A stretch of DNA of 64,000 nt, from NCBI GenBank assembly GCA_964352475.1, contig CAYGSL010000002.1, positions 106,071 to 170,070 of the forward strand, in the 5' to 3' direction. The stretch comes from an uncultured Pseudomonadales bacterium. GTDB taxonomy: Bacteria; Pseudomonadota; Gammaproteobacteria; Pseudomonadales; JAUIET01. The position numbers and the translations under genes are program-made. The notes under the pieces were generated by a model. It saw nothing but the letters and a program-made list of their open reading frames with translations. It searched no databases and was not told the DNA's origin. Of this stretch, positions 8,725-19,158 are shown piece by piece; the first letter of the stretch is position 1, and the number at the start of each line of letters is the position of its first letter.

Positions 8725-10113
8725 CTATTGGTAAATGGTTTGCGGTAACCAGGTGGCCAGTTGTGGCCAAAACGCCAGTGCCACCAGCATCAGAACCTGA
8801 ATAATAATAAACGGTATCACACCGCGATACATTGCGCTGGTGTCAACGCTGTCGGGTGCTACCCCGCGCAAGTAAAACAAGGCAAAACCAAACGGTGGGG
8901 TTAAAAAAGATGTTTGCAGATTAATCGCAATCATCACGCCAAGCCACACCGGATCCAGCCCCATGGCTAACAGAATAGGTGCAACGATGGGTACTACAAC
9001 AAAAGTGATTTCGATGAAATCAAGAATAAAACCCAGCAGGAATATTGCCAGCATCACCACCACCGTGGCGCCCAGCACGCCGCCAGGCATCGCTTCAAAA
9101 AACCCCTGAATTAATTCTTCGCCGCCAAAGCCGCGAAACACCAGCGAAAACACGGCCGCGCCTATCAAAATCATAAACACCATGCAGGTAACATTCAGCG
9201 TGGAACGCGCCACATCAGCCAGTACTGTGCGGTTCAGTGCGCCATGCATCCAGGCCAAAATCGTGGCCCCCAATGCGCCCACCCCGGCGGCTTCGGTGGG
9301 CGTGGCAACTCCAAAAAGAATAGAGCCTAACACCAGACCAATCAGAAAAATCGGTGCGGCAATACTGCGAAATTTTTCTGCAGTACTGGTATCGGGCAGT
9401 AATGACTTGTCGATTGCCGGCGCGTCTTCAGGTCGTAGCCAGGCGTGAATCAACAAGTAACTGATGTAGGCCAGCACCAATAACAAACCTGGAATCAAGG
9501 CGCCAACAAACAAATCGCCTACCGACACGGTTTTCGGAGAGAAAATGCCCATGTCCAACTGTGCCTGCTGATACGAGCTGGACAGAATGTCGCCTAGTAA
9601 AACCAGCGCTATGGAAGGCGGGATAATCTGGCCAAGGGTGCCAGTCGCGCTAATGGTGCCGGTTGCTAAAGCGGGCGAATAACCCTGGCGCAGCATGGTA
9701 GGTAAGGACAGCAAACCCATGGTAACAACCGTGGCGCCAACAATGCCGGTGCTTGCCGCCAGCAAGGCGCCCACCACAATAACCGATACGCCCAAACCAC
9801 CGCGCATTTGTCCGAATACCGCGGCCATGTTCTGTAACAGCGCTTCGGCGACTTTGGATCGCTCCAGCATGATGCCCATCAACACAAACAGGGGTACTGC
9901 AATCAGCGTTACATTATTGATGGTGCCAAAGATGCGATTTGGCAAGGCAGCCAGAAAAGCCGCATCGAACACGCCACTTAGCGTACCCACTGCGGCAAAC
10001 AGCAGTGCGGTCCCGGCCAGACTGAACGCCACCGGGTAACCGATGATCAGCACCAGGCAGATCACCAGAAACATCAATATGGGTATCAGCTCAATCACGG
10101 CTGCGCAGAACAA
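8725..10113 (-). CDS. TRAP transporter large permease (DctM)
   Basis: 462 aa, polytopic and hydrophobic with DctM-like sequence. It overlaps the upstream DctQ gene by 23 nt. Confidence 0.9.
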   Translation of the reverse strand: MFCAAVIELIPILMFLVICLVLIIGYPVAFSLAGTALLFAAVGTLSGVFDAAFLAALPNRIFGTINNVTLIAVPLFVLMGIMLERSKVAEALLQNMAAVFGQMRGGLGVSVIVVGALLAASTGIVGATVVTMGLLSLPTMLRQGYSPALATGTISATGTLGQIIPPSIALVLLGDILSSSYQQAQLDMGIFSPKTVSVGDLFVGALIPGLLLVLAYISYLLIHAWLRPEDAPAIDKSLLPDTSTAEKFRSIAAPIFLIGLVLGSILFGVATPTEAAGVGALGATILAWMHGALNRTVLADVARSTLNVTCMVFMILIGAAVFSLVFRGFGGEELIQGFFEAMPGGVLGATVVVMLAIFLLGFILDFIEITFVVVPIVAPILLAMGLDPVWLGVMIAINLQTSFLTPPFGFALFYLRGVAPDSVDTSAMYRGVIPFIIIQVLMLVALAFWPQLATWLPQTIYQ

Positions 10114-10591
10114 GCAGGTTCTTGATGATCTCGGCGATCGCTTGAATCAACAACAAAATGGCCATCATTGGTATCAGGCTCTTGAGCAGAAACACGGCCG
10201 GAATACCGTCTTTTTCTACCGATGTTTCCCTCACCGCCCAGGCATTGCTAACGTAGTCCTGACTGGCGTACAGCAAATACAGGCACAAGGGCAGCAGAAA
10301 TAAAACACTGCCGGTCAGATCTATCAGCGCTTTTCGTTTGGCGCTGAAATTCCGGTATAGAATATCCACCCGCACGTGCTCACCTTGTTGCAAGGCATAA
10401 GCCGCGCCCAGCATGAATACGCAGGCGTGCAAATAGGTCACAGACTCCTGCATCGCAATAATGCTGATACCAAAGCCGTAGCGCAGCAACACAACCAGGC
10501 AGCTGATCAGCATCATGGCGTAGACCAGCCAGGCCAGAGCGCGCCCGGTAGCGGTGCTGATGGTATTACAGAATGTCGCAAGTCTGATCAT
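10091..10591 (-). CDS. TRAP transporter small permease (DctQ)
   Basis: 166 aa with four hydrophobic segments. It lies directly upstream of and overlaps dctM. Confidence 0.85.
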   Translation of the reverse strand: MIRLATFCNTISTATGRALAWLVYAMMLISCLVVLLRYGFGISIIAMQESVTYLHACVFMLGAAYALQQGEHVRVDILYRNFSAKRKALIDLTGSVLFLLPLCLYLLYASQDYVSNAWAVRETSVEKDGIPAVFLLKSLIPMMAILLLIQAIAEIIKNLLVLRSRD

Positions 10592-10663
10592 AAGCGGCGG
10601 ATTATACGGGCTTGCCGGTCTGCTACAATACGGCTTGTCTTTTGTTGGCAGTTTAGGGAAACC

Positions 10664-11449
10664 ATGATTGTTATTTTGTCACCGGCCAAAACGCTAGATT
10701 TTGACAGCAAGCCGACCACTAAAACCCATAGTCAGCCAGAATTCCTGGCCGATTCTGCCGAGTTAATCCAGCAATTACAACGGCTGTCGCCGGCGGATAT
10801 CTCCGGCCTGATGGGCATCAGTGACGCACTTGGCGAGCTGAACTTTGACCGCTATCAGCAATGGCAGGTGCCGTTTTCTCCAGCGAATGCCAAACAAGCA
10901 GCACTTGCCTTCAAAGGTGACGTATACACAGGCCTTGAAGCTGAGACCTTCAGCAGTGCCGACTTCAAGTTTGCCCAGAAACATCTTCGAATCTTGTCAG
11001 GGCTTTACGGCATGTTAAAGCCACTGGACCTGATGCAAGCCTATAGGCTGGAAATGGGCATCAAGTTTGCCAATACTCGCGGTAAAAACTTGTATGAGTT
11101 TTGGGGCACACAGCTGACTGAGCAATTGAACGCGCAGCTGAAAAAGAATAAAAGTGATGTGCTGGTTAATCTTGCCTCAAATGAATACTTTAAAGCGCTG
11201 AAGAAAAAAGACATTAACGTTGAGATAGTCAGCCCTTCATTCAAAGACTACAAAAATGGCGAATACAGAATGATCAGTTTCTTCGCCAAAAAAGTACGTG
11301 GGCAGATGGCGGCCTGGATCATCAGGAACAAAGTAACGTCAGCGTCTGATTTACTGGACTTTAGTGTTGACGGTTACAAGCTCAACAAGAAACTGTCTTC
11401 ACCAGCGGTGCCTGTGTTTACTCGCAAACAGCCGCCACCGGCTACATAA
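10664..11449 (+). CDS. yaaA: peroxide stress protein YaaA (UPF0246)
   Basis: The ORF track starts at 10376, but that extension is antisense to dctQ. The real start is most likely ATG 10664 ([13 protein letters not shown]..), the canonical YaaA N-terminus. Confidence 0.9.
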   Translation: MIVILSPAKTLDFDSKPTTKTHSQPEFLADSAELIQQLQRLSPADISGLMGISDALGELNFDRYQQWQVPFSPANAKQAALAFKGDVYTGLEAETFSSADFKFAQKHLRILSGLYGMLKPLDLMQAYRLEMGIKFANTRGKNLYEFWGTQLTEQLNAQLKKNKSDVLVNLASNEYFKALKKKDINVEIVSPSFKDYKNGEYRMISFFAKKVRGQMAAWIIRNKVTSASDLLDFSVDGYKLNKKLSSPAVPVFTRKQPPPAT

Positions 11450-13166
11450 ACTCCATAACTTCAATGCCCAGCAGGTCCAGGCCGCGCTGCAATACCTGAC
11501 CGCTGAGTTCACACAAGGCCATGCGACTGGCGCGAGTGTTTGGCTTAACGTCGTCTTTCAGAATTGGGCAGGCTTCGTAAAAGGTCATGAATGCACTGGC
11601 CAACTCGTACAAATAGGCGCACAGCACATGCGGGAAGGCATCCGCGGCTAACTGATCAATCGTTTCCGGAAACTGCAACAGCAGTAGCGCCAGTTCACGT
11701 TCGCTGTTTTCTGCAATACTGAGTGCACTGATATCAGCAGATTCGCAGTTGGCTTTGCGGAACACGCTGCGTATGCGTGTGTAGGCGTATTGCAGATAAG
11801 GTGCTGTATTGCCCTCAAAGCTGAGCATGGCGTCCCAGTCGAACACATAATCATTGGTGCGCGTGATACTTAAGTCGGCGTACTTGATGGCACCGATGCC
11901 AACTTTACGTGCAACTTCCTGCCGCTGTTCTTCGCTGAGTTCGCTGTCACGCTGGCTTAATAGTTCAGCCGCTCTCTCAACCGCTTCCGATAACAATTCG
12001 GCCAGTTTTACGGTACCGCCAGTACGGGTCTTAAATGGTTTGCCATCCTTGCCCATCATTGTGCCAAACGCATGATGCTCAAGACTCACATCATCAGGCA
12101 CCAGACCGGCTTTTCGGCCGATAGTGAACAGTTGCTTCATGTGCAAGGACTGACGCGCATCAATAAAATACATCAAGCGCTTAGCGCCCAGCGTGTTACA
12201 GCGAAAGTCCAGAGCGGCAATATCAGTGGTGGAATACAAAAACCCGCCGCCCGACTTTTGAATAATCACTGCACCGGGTTTGCCTTCCTTGTTCGCAAAC
12301 TCATCCAGAAAAACTACCTTGGCGCCGTTGTCGTCTACTGCGATTCCGCGTTGCTCCAATTTGGCGACGGTATCAGCGAGCATGTCGTTATACGCGCTTT
12401 CCGGCTTAATGTGCTCTCGAGTGAGGGTTACACCCAGCATGTCATAAATGTCCTGGCTGTGATCAACCGAGACGTCAATGAACTTTTGCCACAGCGATAC
12501 GCAATGTGCGTCGCCGGATTGCAATCGCACCACATAGTCACGTGCTTTCGCAGCAAATTCAGGGTCATTATCAAAATGCGTTTTGGAGCGCTGGTAAAAT
12601 GTTTCCAGATCGCTGAGAACCATGTTCTCCGCATCTTCAATACTTTCCAGTTCCGCAATCAACATTCCAAACTGGGTTCCCCAGTCGCCCATGTGGTTTT
12701 GCCTGACTACCTCAAAGCCCTGGAACTCGAGAACACGCGCAAGCACATCACCAATGATGGTAGATCGTACGTGGCCTACGTGCATTTCCTTGGCAAGGTT
12801 GGGTGCGGAATAATCCACAACAATCAGTTCTGAGCGAGAGCCGGGCTGGGCCGCTTGAAGGTTAGCCGGCACGCTGGCCAGCTGCGCATTCAGAAATGAT
12901 GGTTCCAGAAATATATTTATGAATCCAGGGCCTGCTATTTCGGTTTTACTGGCAATACCATCGAGATCAAGTTGATCGATTACCTGCCCGGCCAGGTCGC
13001 GCGGTGCAGACTTCATTTTCTTTGCCGCACCCATCATGCCATTGGCTTGAAAATCACCGAAGCTCGCCTGCTTGCTGCGCGCAATCGCAGGCGGGCAGGC
13101 CGGATCAATGCCGGCAATCAGCATGGCCTCAGCAAATCGCTGTTCGAGAATGGTTTTGATTGACAT
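11442..13166 (-). CDS. argS: arginine--tRNA ligase
   Basis: The likely start is M41 of the ORF (ATG 13166, [11 protein letters not shown]), giving about 574 aa. It has the class I HIGH-type motif (MHVGHVRS) and an ArgS-like C-terminus ending in M. Confidence 0.93.
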   Translation of the reverse strand: MSIKTILEQRFAEAMLIAGIDPACPPAIARSKQASFGDFQANGMMGAAKKMKSAPRDLAGQVIDQLDLDGIASKTEIAGPGFINIFLEPSFLNAQLASVPANLQAAQPGSRSELIVVDYSAPNLAKEMHVGHVRSTIIGDVLARVLEFQGFEVVRQNHMGDWGTQFGMLIAELESIEDAENMVLSDLETFYQRSKTHFDNDPEFAAKARDYVVRLQSGDAHCVSLWQKFIDVSVDHSQDIYDMLGVTLTREHIKPESAYNDMLADTVAKLEQRGIAVDDNGAKVVFLDEFANKEGKPGAVIIQKSGGGFLYSTTDIAALDFRCNTLGAKRLMYFIDARQSLHMKQLFTIGRKAGLVPDDVSLEHHAFGTMMGKDGKPFKTRTGGTVKLAELLSEAVERAAELLSQRDSELSEEQRQEVARKVGIGAIKYADLSITRTNDYVFDWDAMLSFEGNTAPYLQYAYTRIRSVFRKANCESADISALSIAENSERELALLLLQFPETIDQLAADAFPHVLCAYLYELASAFMTFYEACPILKDDVKPNTRASRMALCELSGQVLQRGLDLLGIEVMEFM

Positions 13167-13274
13167 GTGATTGGCGCCGACAGGTAAGCCCACAATTGTA
13201 CCTAAGAGTGGTAATGCAGAGTATGGAATTTTTTCTGTGTGCGTGGCACTCTTTCCACTGGAAGGAAAAGCCAT

Positions 13275-14027
13275 ATGCAACGACAAAAAAATTGGCGCTA
13301 CTATTTATTTCAACCCTACAAATGGTTGGTGTTCGGGCCGGTACTGGTATTATCCATGCTGCTCGCGGCGGTTTTCATTCTACTGTTTTGCCGCTGGCTT
13401 CCGCGTTATTGTAACCAAAAAGTAGCACCCGGCTGGTGTTCGCTGAATACGCTCACTGCATTAAGCAGTGTTGACGTGCGCGGCCAGCAGCGCATGGACC
13501 CACGTCAGTCCTATATTATTGTTGCCAATCACCTCAGCCATTTCGATATTTTTCTATTGTACGGGCGGCTGGGGCTGGATATTCGCTGGGTCATGAAGCA
13601 AGAGCTGCGTTCCTTGCCTTTCTTTGGCGTGGCCGCGGAAAAGCTGGGGCACATCTATATTGACCGGAGTGACAGAGCCAAAGCGCATGCGCAACTCAGA
13701 GAAGCGCAATTGAAGTTTACGCCGGGCTCGTCAATCATATTTTTTCCTGAAGGCACACGCAGTGAAAGTGGCGCGTTGTTGCCATTCAAAAGCGGTGCGT
13801 TTGTGATGGCCAAGCAGATGCAATTGCCCATTCTTCCTGTGGTTTTGGCGGGCACTGGCGCGGTGGCCCCGCCTAAAAGTCTGGACCTGTATCCTGGCAA
13901 AACCGTGATGACGGTATTGGAACCGATTCCTGAAAGCGATGTCATTAACATGAGCCACGAAGATCTTAAGGAACGTGCCAGAAATGCGATACAAGCGCAG
14001 CAGCAAAGCGAGCAAAGTGGCGTATAA
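13275..14027 (+). CDS. 1-acyl-sn-glycerol-3-phosphate acyltransferase family protein
   Basis: It has the acyltransferase motifs NHLSHFD (HX4D) and [11 protein letters not shown] 13275 is preceded by ggaaggaaaa. Confidence 0.85.
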   Translation: MQRQKNWRYYLFQPYKWLVFGPVLVLSMLLAAVFILLFCRWLPRYCNQKVAPGWCSLNTLTALSSVDVRGQQRMDPRQSYIIVANHLSHFDIFLLYGRLGLDIRWVMKQELRSLPFFGVAAEKLGHIYIDRSDRAKAHAQLREAQLKFTPGSSIIFFPEGTRSESGALLPFKSGAFVMAKQMQLPILPVVLAGTGAVAPPKSLDLYPGKTVMTVLEPIPESDVINMSHEDLKERARNAIQAQQQSEQSGV

Positions 14028-14883
14028 GCTGGCTTTATCAAGTTTCACGCTAGCTGCGTTGCTAGCGTGTATGCCTAACTCCATTAAAGAGGAGCGAGCC
14101 TATGTTGCCAGAACTCTGAGCAACAATCCGTTGGTACAGCATCAAACTGTTGAGTACTCGGGTGGTGTAATGCATGCCGCCAGCGTCGCCCGGCAAAGCT
14201 CAGAAAACGATGAGCTGGTCGCAGTGGTCTTCGTGCATGGCACACCTGGCAGTTGGCAGCATTGGGCCTATTTCCTGATGCACGAACAATTACAAACTGA
14301 GGCAATGTTGGTCTCGATCGATCGTGCAGGCTGGGGAGACTCAACGGTAGACGAGCAGGCGAAAGCCATAAGCTTTGGTTTTCAATCCCATGCGATCTCG
14401 GCCGTATTACAAGAATTGCGTGACAAACAAAAAGTGCAACGAATCGTTCTGGTCGGCCATTCGCTAGGCGCGTCTATAGTGCCGCGGGTAGCTATGGATT
14501 ACCCTGAACTGGTTGATGCAGTGCTAATTCTTGCGGGTTCACTTGATCCTGAGCTTGGCGGGCCGCGTTGGTTTAATCGGCTTGCGGCTATTCCAGGTGT
14601 GTACTGGTTGCTGCCGGATGCTCTGGAGTTCTCCAATCGGGAAATCATAGGCCTGCGCGACAATCTTGAGGCGATGAGCAACCGTTGGGGCGAGCTGACG
14701 CAAGCTGTTCGAATAGTGCAGGGCATGCAAGACAAGCTGGTCTACCCCGGCAACATTGATTTCCTCGAGCGAACATTGCCGGCAAGGCAAGTGCATGCCA
14801 CCCGGTTGGAAGCCGGCCATTTGCTGCATCTGGAACAGCGCCCGCGTCTGTTGTCGGAGCTGCGAGCCCTGATCGCGCCATAA
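13975..14883 (+). CDS. alpha/beta hydrolase (probable lipoprotein)
   Basis: 302 aa with HGTPGSW, the nucleophile elbow GHSLGAS and a lipobox-like LLAC near the N-terminus. The start is uncertain (13975 or 13984). Confidence 0.8.
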   Translation: MPEMRYKRSSKASKVAYKLALSSFTLAALLACMPNSIKEERAYVARTLSNNPLVQHQTVEYSGGVMHAASVARQSSENDELVAVVFVHGTPGSWQHWAYFLMHEQLQTEAMLVSIDRAGWGDSTVDEQAKAISFGFQSHAISAVLQELRDKQKVQRIVLVGHSLGASIVPRVAMDYPELVDAVLILAGSLDPELGGPRWFNRLAAIPGVYWLLPDALEFSNREIIGLRDNLEAMSNRWGELTQAVRIVQGMQDKLVYPGNIDFLERTLPARQVHATRLEAGHLLHLEQRPRLLSELRALIAP

Positions 14884-14987
14884 AATGTAAGCAATCAACA
14901 TTCTGCGTGTGTATAAAGTCGCTGGCGGGGCTGGTTCAGCTTAACTACTTTGTTAACTGAACAAATAGATAGCAAGTAGGCGCTAGA

Positions 14988-15203
14988 ATGCCAAAGTTTT
15001 TCTCATCACGACCCAGCGACGACAAGTTTATTCAGGAAAAGGATTCACTGATTCAGGGGCTGGAAGACATAGCAGAATATCTGGGCGATGATGACGCCAA
15101 GAAGGTGACCTTGCGACATACGGCGCTGCGCAGTCACGTCAGCGTTGAGTCTGCCAACAGCAAAGAGCGACCAAGCGAGCTCGAAGAACTCGAAGGCGCT
15201 TGA
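14988..15203 (+). CDS. hypothetical small acidic protein
   Basis: 71-aa ORF in an otherwise empty gap. I recognise no family, and the ribosome-binding site is weak. Confidence 0.35.
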   Translation: MPKFFSSRPSDDKFIQEKDSLIQGLEDIAEYLGDDDAKKVTLRHTALRSHVSVESANSKERPSELEELEGA

Positions 15204-15227
15204 TACTTCAACAGGCGTAACCGCTTT

Positions 15228-16916
15228 TTACGCCAGGGCCGTCTCTGGCTCAGCCGCTATTTCAAACTGCAAAGGTTGATTGGTGGCACTCAATATCGCC
15301 TGTAAAGAAGCCGATACAATGTCCCGGCTTTTGCCAACGCCACAATAACGCTGTCCGTCTACGCTGAGCTGTACATAGGTAGCGGCGTCTGCACCCGCGC
15401 TGTTGCTCAGCGCATGCTCGCTGTATTCCACCAGTACGATTTGCTTACCGCTGTGAATTTGCAAAGCGTCAACAAAGGCACCCACCACTCCAGTGCCAGT
15501 GCCTTGTAAATTAATAGTTTCACCACGATAGATAACGGTGGCGCTCAGTCGCTCCTGCTTGTTTTCACGGCTGAGTTGATAGCCTTTTAATTCGTACGGC
15601 GTAAACTGCTCAATATACTGCTGGCTGAACAAGGCACCTATTGCCTCGGGGCCTACTTCGGCTTCAGTAACTTCTGCGTGTTTTTGCACAACGCCGCTGA
15701 AATCAATCTGCAGCCAGCGCGGTATTTGCATGCCATGCTCTTGTTCTAACACATAAGCTACACCGCCTTTGCCGCTCTGGCTATTGATACGGATTACTTC
15801 CTGATAAGAGCGGCCGAGATCGGAGGGGTCAATTGGCAGATAGGCCACTTCCCACAGATCGCCTTCTTCGCGCTTGTTAAGACACTTGCGAATGGCATCC
15901 TGATGACTGCCAGAGAACGCGGTAAACACCAACTCACCGGCGTAAGGGTGGCGCGGGTGCACAGGCAATTGGGTGCAGGCTTTTACGCAGCGAATAATCT
16001 CGTCCATGTTAGACAAGTCAAGCTCAGGGTCTATGCCCTGGCTGTACAGATTCATGGCCATGGTAACAATGTCCATGTTGCCGGTACGCTCTCCATTACC
16101 AAGCAAGGTTCCTTCTACCCGATCGGCGCCGGCCATTACCGCAAGCTCAGCGGCGGCAACGGCGCAGCCACGGTCATTGTGCGTGTGCAAACTGATCACA
16201 GCAGCATCGCGATTGGCGAGATGCGTGCAAAACCATTCAATTTGATCGGCGTACACGTTGGGGGTGGTCATCTCTACGGTGGCGGGCAAATTAATAATGC
16301 AGGGCTTCTCTGCACTGGGCTGCCATACGTCCATTACGGCGTCGCACACTTCCACGGCGTAATCGATTTCGGTGCCGGTAAAGCTCTCAGGTGAGTACTG
16401 GAAAGTCCAGTCGGTATCCGTTTGTTGCGCCGCACAGGTTTGTACAATCTCTGCGCCGTTTACGGCAATGGCTTTGATTCCTTCCCGGTCCAGTTCAAAT
16501 ACCTGTTCACGTTGTACGGTAGAGGTGGAGTTATACAGGTGCATTACGGCAGACTTGGCGCCTTTTAGTGATTCGAAAGAGCGTTCGATAAGCTCTTTGC
16601 GGGCTTGTGTGAGCACCTGCACGGTTACATCATCAGGTATCAGGTCTTCATCAATCAGGCGGCGTACAAAGTCAAAATCAGGCTGTGAAGCCGCAGGGAA
16701 GCCAACTTCAATCTCTTTGAAGCCAACATTGACCAGCAGTTTGAACATTTGCATTTTCTGGGCAACATTCATTGGGTCAATCAAGGCCTGGTTGCCGTCG
16801 CGCAGGTCCACGCTACACCATGAGGGCGCTTGCGTGATGCGCTTATTCGGCCACTGTCGGTTGGGCATGTCCAGGGTTTGGAATACGGGGTATTTGCTGT
16901 GGTCAAATCGACTCAT
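15228..16916 (-). CDS. leuA: 2-isopropylmalate synthase (long form)
   Basis: The sequence reads SVDLRDGNQA..EVGFPAASQPDF..LHTHNDRG..GERTGN. The likely start is ATG 16916 (MSRFDHSKY). Confidence 0.93.
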   Translation of the reverse strand: MSRFDHSKYPVFQTLDMPNRQWPNKRITQAPSWCSVDLRDGNQALIDPMNVAQKMQMFKLLVNVGFKEIEVGFPAASQPDFDFVRRLIDEDLIPDDVTVQVLTQARKELIERSFESLKGAKSAVMHLYNSTSTVQREQVFELDREGIKAIAVNGAEIVQTCAAQQTDTDWTFQYSPESFTGTEIDYAVEVCDAVMDVWQPSAEKPCIINLPATVEMTTPNVYADQIEWFCTHLANRDAAVISLHTHNDRGCAVAAAELAVMAGADRVEGTLLGNGERTGNMDIVTMAMNLYSQGIDPELDLSNMDEIIRCVKACTQLPVHPRHPYAGELVFTAFSGSHQDAIRKCLNKREEGDLWEVAYLPIDPSDLGRSYQEVIRINSQSGKGGVAYVLEQEHGMQIPRWLQIDFSGVVQKHAEVTEAEVGPEAIGALFSQQYIEQFTPYELKGYQLSRENKQERLSATVIYRGETINLQGTGTGVVGAFVDALQIHSGKQIVLVEYSEHALSNSAGADAATYVQLSVDGQRYCGVGKSRDIVSASLQAILSATNQPLQFEIAAEPETALA

Positions 16917-17050
16917 GAGTGAAAATCGCCAATGGTTTTGTTGATTCTCCAAGTATAAGAGAACATGGCGAGTGATTGATTGCTAACTCACTACTAAAAA
17001 CCGATAGTTGCGCTATAATTCGCTACTAATATACTAAATAGTAGTGAATT

Positions 17051-17521
17051 ATGGAGCTGGATCGTACTGATCGTAAAATACTCGCGTTGATGCAGCAAAA
17101 TGGGCGCATTAGCAATCTTGAGCTTGCTGAGCAGATTGGGCTGTCGCCTACGCCGTGTTCACGGCGGGTTAAGCGGCTGGAGGAGTCTGGCATCATTCGC
17201 CAGCATGTGACTTTGCTGGATGCGGATAAGCTGGGGCTTGGTATCAAGGTGATTGTGGGTGTGAGTATGGACAGGCACACTCCAGAGCGGTTTGATAATT
17301 TTGCGGAGCAGATTAGACGGTACCCTGAGGTGGTTGAGTGCAGCATTGTGACGGGGCAGGAGGCGGACTTTTTGGTGACGGCTATGTTGCCGGATATGAG
17401 TTTTTTTGAGGAATTCTTGTTGGGGCGGTTAACGCGGATTGAGGGGGTGACTGGGGTGCACAGTAGTTTTGTGCTTCGCAAACTGATTGATCGGACGGAG
17501 TTGCCGTTGGATCATATTTGA
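17051..17521 (+). CDS. lrp: Lrp/AsnC-family transcriptional regulator
   Basis: 156 aa. LDRTDRKILALMQQNGRISNLELAEQIGLSPTPCSRRVKRLEESGII is a classic Lrp N-terminal HTH. The gene is divergent from leuA. Confidence 0.9.
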   Translation: MELDRTDRKILALMQQNGRISNLELAEQIGLSPTPCSRRVKRLEESGIIRQHVTLLDADKLGLGIKVIVGVSMDRHTPERFDNFAEQIRRYPEVVECSIVTGQEADFLVTAMLPDMSFFEEFLLGRLTRIEGVTGVHSSFVLRKLIDRTELPLDHI

Positions 17522-17554
17522 ATGTTTGAGGTTTTGTTCTAGTCCGGCGCAGGA

Positions 17555-17648
17555 TCTATGGCTCCCATGTGGGACACGCCGTGAACCCATCCATGGGGGC
17601 TTGATTTTCGACATCCTGTCTCAAACAGTCCCACATGGGAGCCATAGA
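17555..17648. repeat. REP-like extragenic palindrome (21-bp perfect inverted repeat, 52-nt spacer)
   Basis: tctatggctcccatgtgggac (17555-17575) is the exact reverse complement of gtcccacatgggagccataga (17628-17648). The repeat lies between the convergent genes lrp and a glycerophosphodiesterase gene. Confidence 0.8.
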
Positions 17649-17670
17649 CCCTACGCCTACGATGTGTTGC

Positions 17671-18402
17671 CTACTTTCTTGTTAGTGAGCTAACAAGAGG
17701 AATGGCCATTGAAGGATAATCAGTAATAACACTATCCACACCCATTCGATAAAGCTTCTTCACCACACTAGGTTCATTCACTGTCCAGCACGACACATGC
17801 ATGCCACCGTCCCGGGCATTCTTGACCAGCGCTGGTGTGCACAACTTCCAGTGCGCGCAAAAATAATTCAGCCCGAGCGTAGTAGCGGTCTTTAAATCAC
17901 CTTTCGCGGTAGCAACTATACCGCGTTCGATATGTGGCGCCAGCTCACCAACAAAGCGCAACACATTGGTATTGGAAGAGGTAATAATAATTCGCTTGGC
18001 GTCTTTCTTTTTGGCAAAGCGTTCGCTGAGCATTTCTGCCATGCGCTGCATATCGCGCTTGCTGCCAGGTTTTACTTCTAGCTGATATTTTTTAAGTTCA
18101 GGTGTGGAGCTTAATAGTTTCTCCAGGCTTGGTATGCCGATTAGTTTTTTGCCTGGCCACTGCGGGCCGAAGCGATTGGCGGTCATTTGTTGTAGTTGTT
18201 TTGCAGTGTGTGCAGAGACTTTGCCCTTCTTGTTTGTGGTGCGGTTAACGGTGCCGTCGTGCACGATAACTATTTGACCGTCGCTGGAAAACTGCAGGTC
18301 TACTTCTATTCGCCTGACACCTCGCTCGATGGCGTGTTTGCAACCGGCGATGGTATTTTCCGGGGCTTCGCCTGCGGCACCTCTGTGACCATAAACTTGC
18401 AT
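17671..18402 (-). CDS. glycerophosphodiester phosphodiesterase
   Basis: 243 aa. YGHRGAAGEAPENT..IEVDLQFSSDGQIVIVHD is the GDPD signature. Confidence 0.88.
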   Translation of the reverse strand: MQVYGHRGAAGEAPENTIAGCKHAIERGVRRIEVDLQFSSDGQIVIVHDGTVNRTTNKKGKVSAHTAKQLQQMTANRFGPQWPGKKLIGIPSLEKLLSSTPELKKYQLEVKPGSKRDMQRMAEMLSERFAKKKDAKRIIITSSNTNVLRFVGELAPHIERGIVATAKGDLKTATTLGLNYFCAHWKLCTPALVKNARDGGMHVSCWTVNEPSVVKKLYRMGVDSVITDYPSMAIPLVSSLTRK

Positions 18403-18426
18403 TTTATCGCTCCTGGTTGGATAGCT

Positions 18427-19131
18427 TTAGTGCAGTGCTAGCACTTTGTGTTCATTGGCGCGTAGCCATTTCTGTGCGACTTTCCGTTCAGGGCATATGC
18501 TGTCTACTGCGGACCAATACGCGCGCGAGTGGTTCATGTGTACCAGGTGGCAAACTTCGTGGGCTACCAGATAACGCACGACCTCAGGTGGGCCCAGCAT
18601 GATTAGCCAGTTGAATTGTATGTCGCCTTCGCGGGTGCAATGGCCCCAGCGTGATTTGGTTTTCTTGAATTTTATATTCCGAAGCTTATGGGCAACCTGG
18701 GCTTGCTGGGCTAAATCTTTGGCCAGTGGGGTGATGTAGTCTGTGGCTTGTGCTTTTAACCAGCGATGAAATTCACTTGCGGCATCGGTAAACAAGTCGT
18801 CGGCGGGAAGAATCAGTTCCTTCCCACAGATATCGGTTTCAGCATTGGCTACGTGTTTGATCTGCAGCGATTCGCCAAGATACGGAATGTTTGCGCCATC
18901 GCGCAGGCTGTATTGTTCGCTCTTGCGTTGCTGCTCGGCGAGTAACTGTTGTTCTATCCATTCGCGCTTTTCATGCACGAACTGTTTGATCCAGTAGTTT
19001 GGGGTGCGGTTGGGTACGCGCACTTCGGCTTTGCCGTTGCGTACGTAAATAACGGCGGATTTTCTTCGGGAGCGTTGTACCTCAACGTCGAAGGGCAATT
19101 CGGGTTTTATTTTCAGGCTGGAGCCGAGCAT
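18427..19131 (-). CDS. YgjP-like (DUF45/M48-type) metal-dependent hydrolase
   Basis: 234 aa with WGHCTREGDIQFNW..LVAHEVCHLVHMNHS (HExxH). Confidence 0.8.
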   Translation of the reverse strand: MLGSSLKIKPELPFDVEVQRSRRKSAVIYVRNGKAEVRVPNRTPNYWIKQFVHEKREWIEQQLLAEQQRKSEQYSLRDGANIPYLGESLQIKHVANAETDICGKELILPADDLFTDAASEFHRWLKAQATDYITPLAKDLAQQAQVAHKLRNIKFKKTKSRWGHCTREGDIQFNWLIMLGPPEVVRYLVAHEVCHLVHMNHSRAYWSAVDSICPERKVAQKWLRANEHKVLALH

Positions 19132-19158
19132 ATCTATAAACGTTTTCGTAAGCTGTGC

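Noticed and set aside
10376-10663. The 5' extension of the yaaA ORF (GTG start).
   Set aside because: It is antisense to dctQ. The canonical YaaA N-terminus [13 protein letters not shown] begins at 10664.
12072-12833. A 253-aa plus-strand ORF.
   Set aside because: It lies entirely antisense to argS, which has clear class I synthetase motifs. Its sequence is low in information and has no recognisable domain.
15214-15234. A hairpin, ggcgtaa-ccgcttt-ttacgcc, between the small ORF and leuA, considered as a terminator.
   Set aside because: The T-run lies in the loop rather than after the stem, and the right arm overlaps the leuA stop codon. It is too weak to call.
16372-16944. A 190-aa plus-strand ORF, together with the ORFs at 15903..16394 and 15973..16245.
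   Set aside because: All are antisense to leuA, which is strongly supported.
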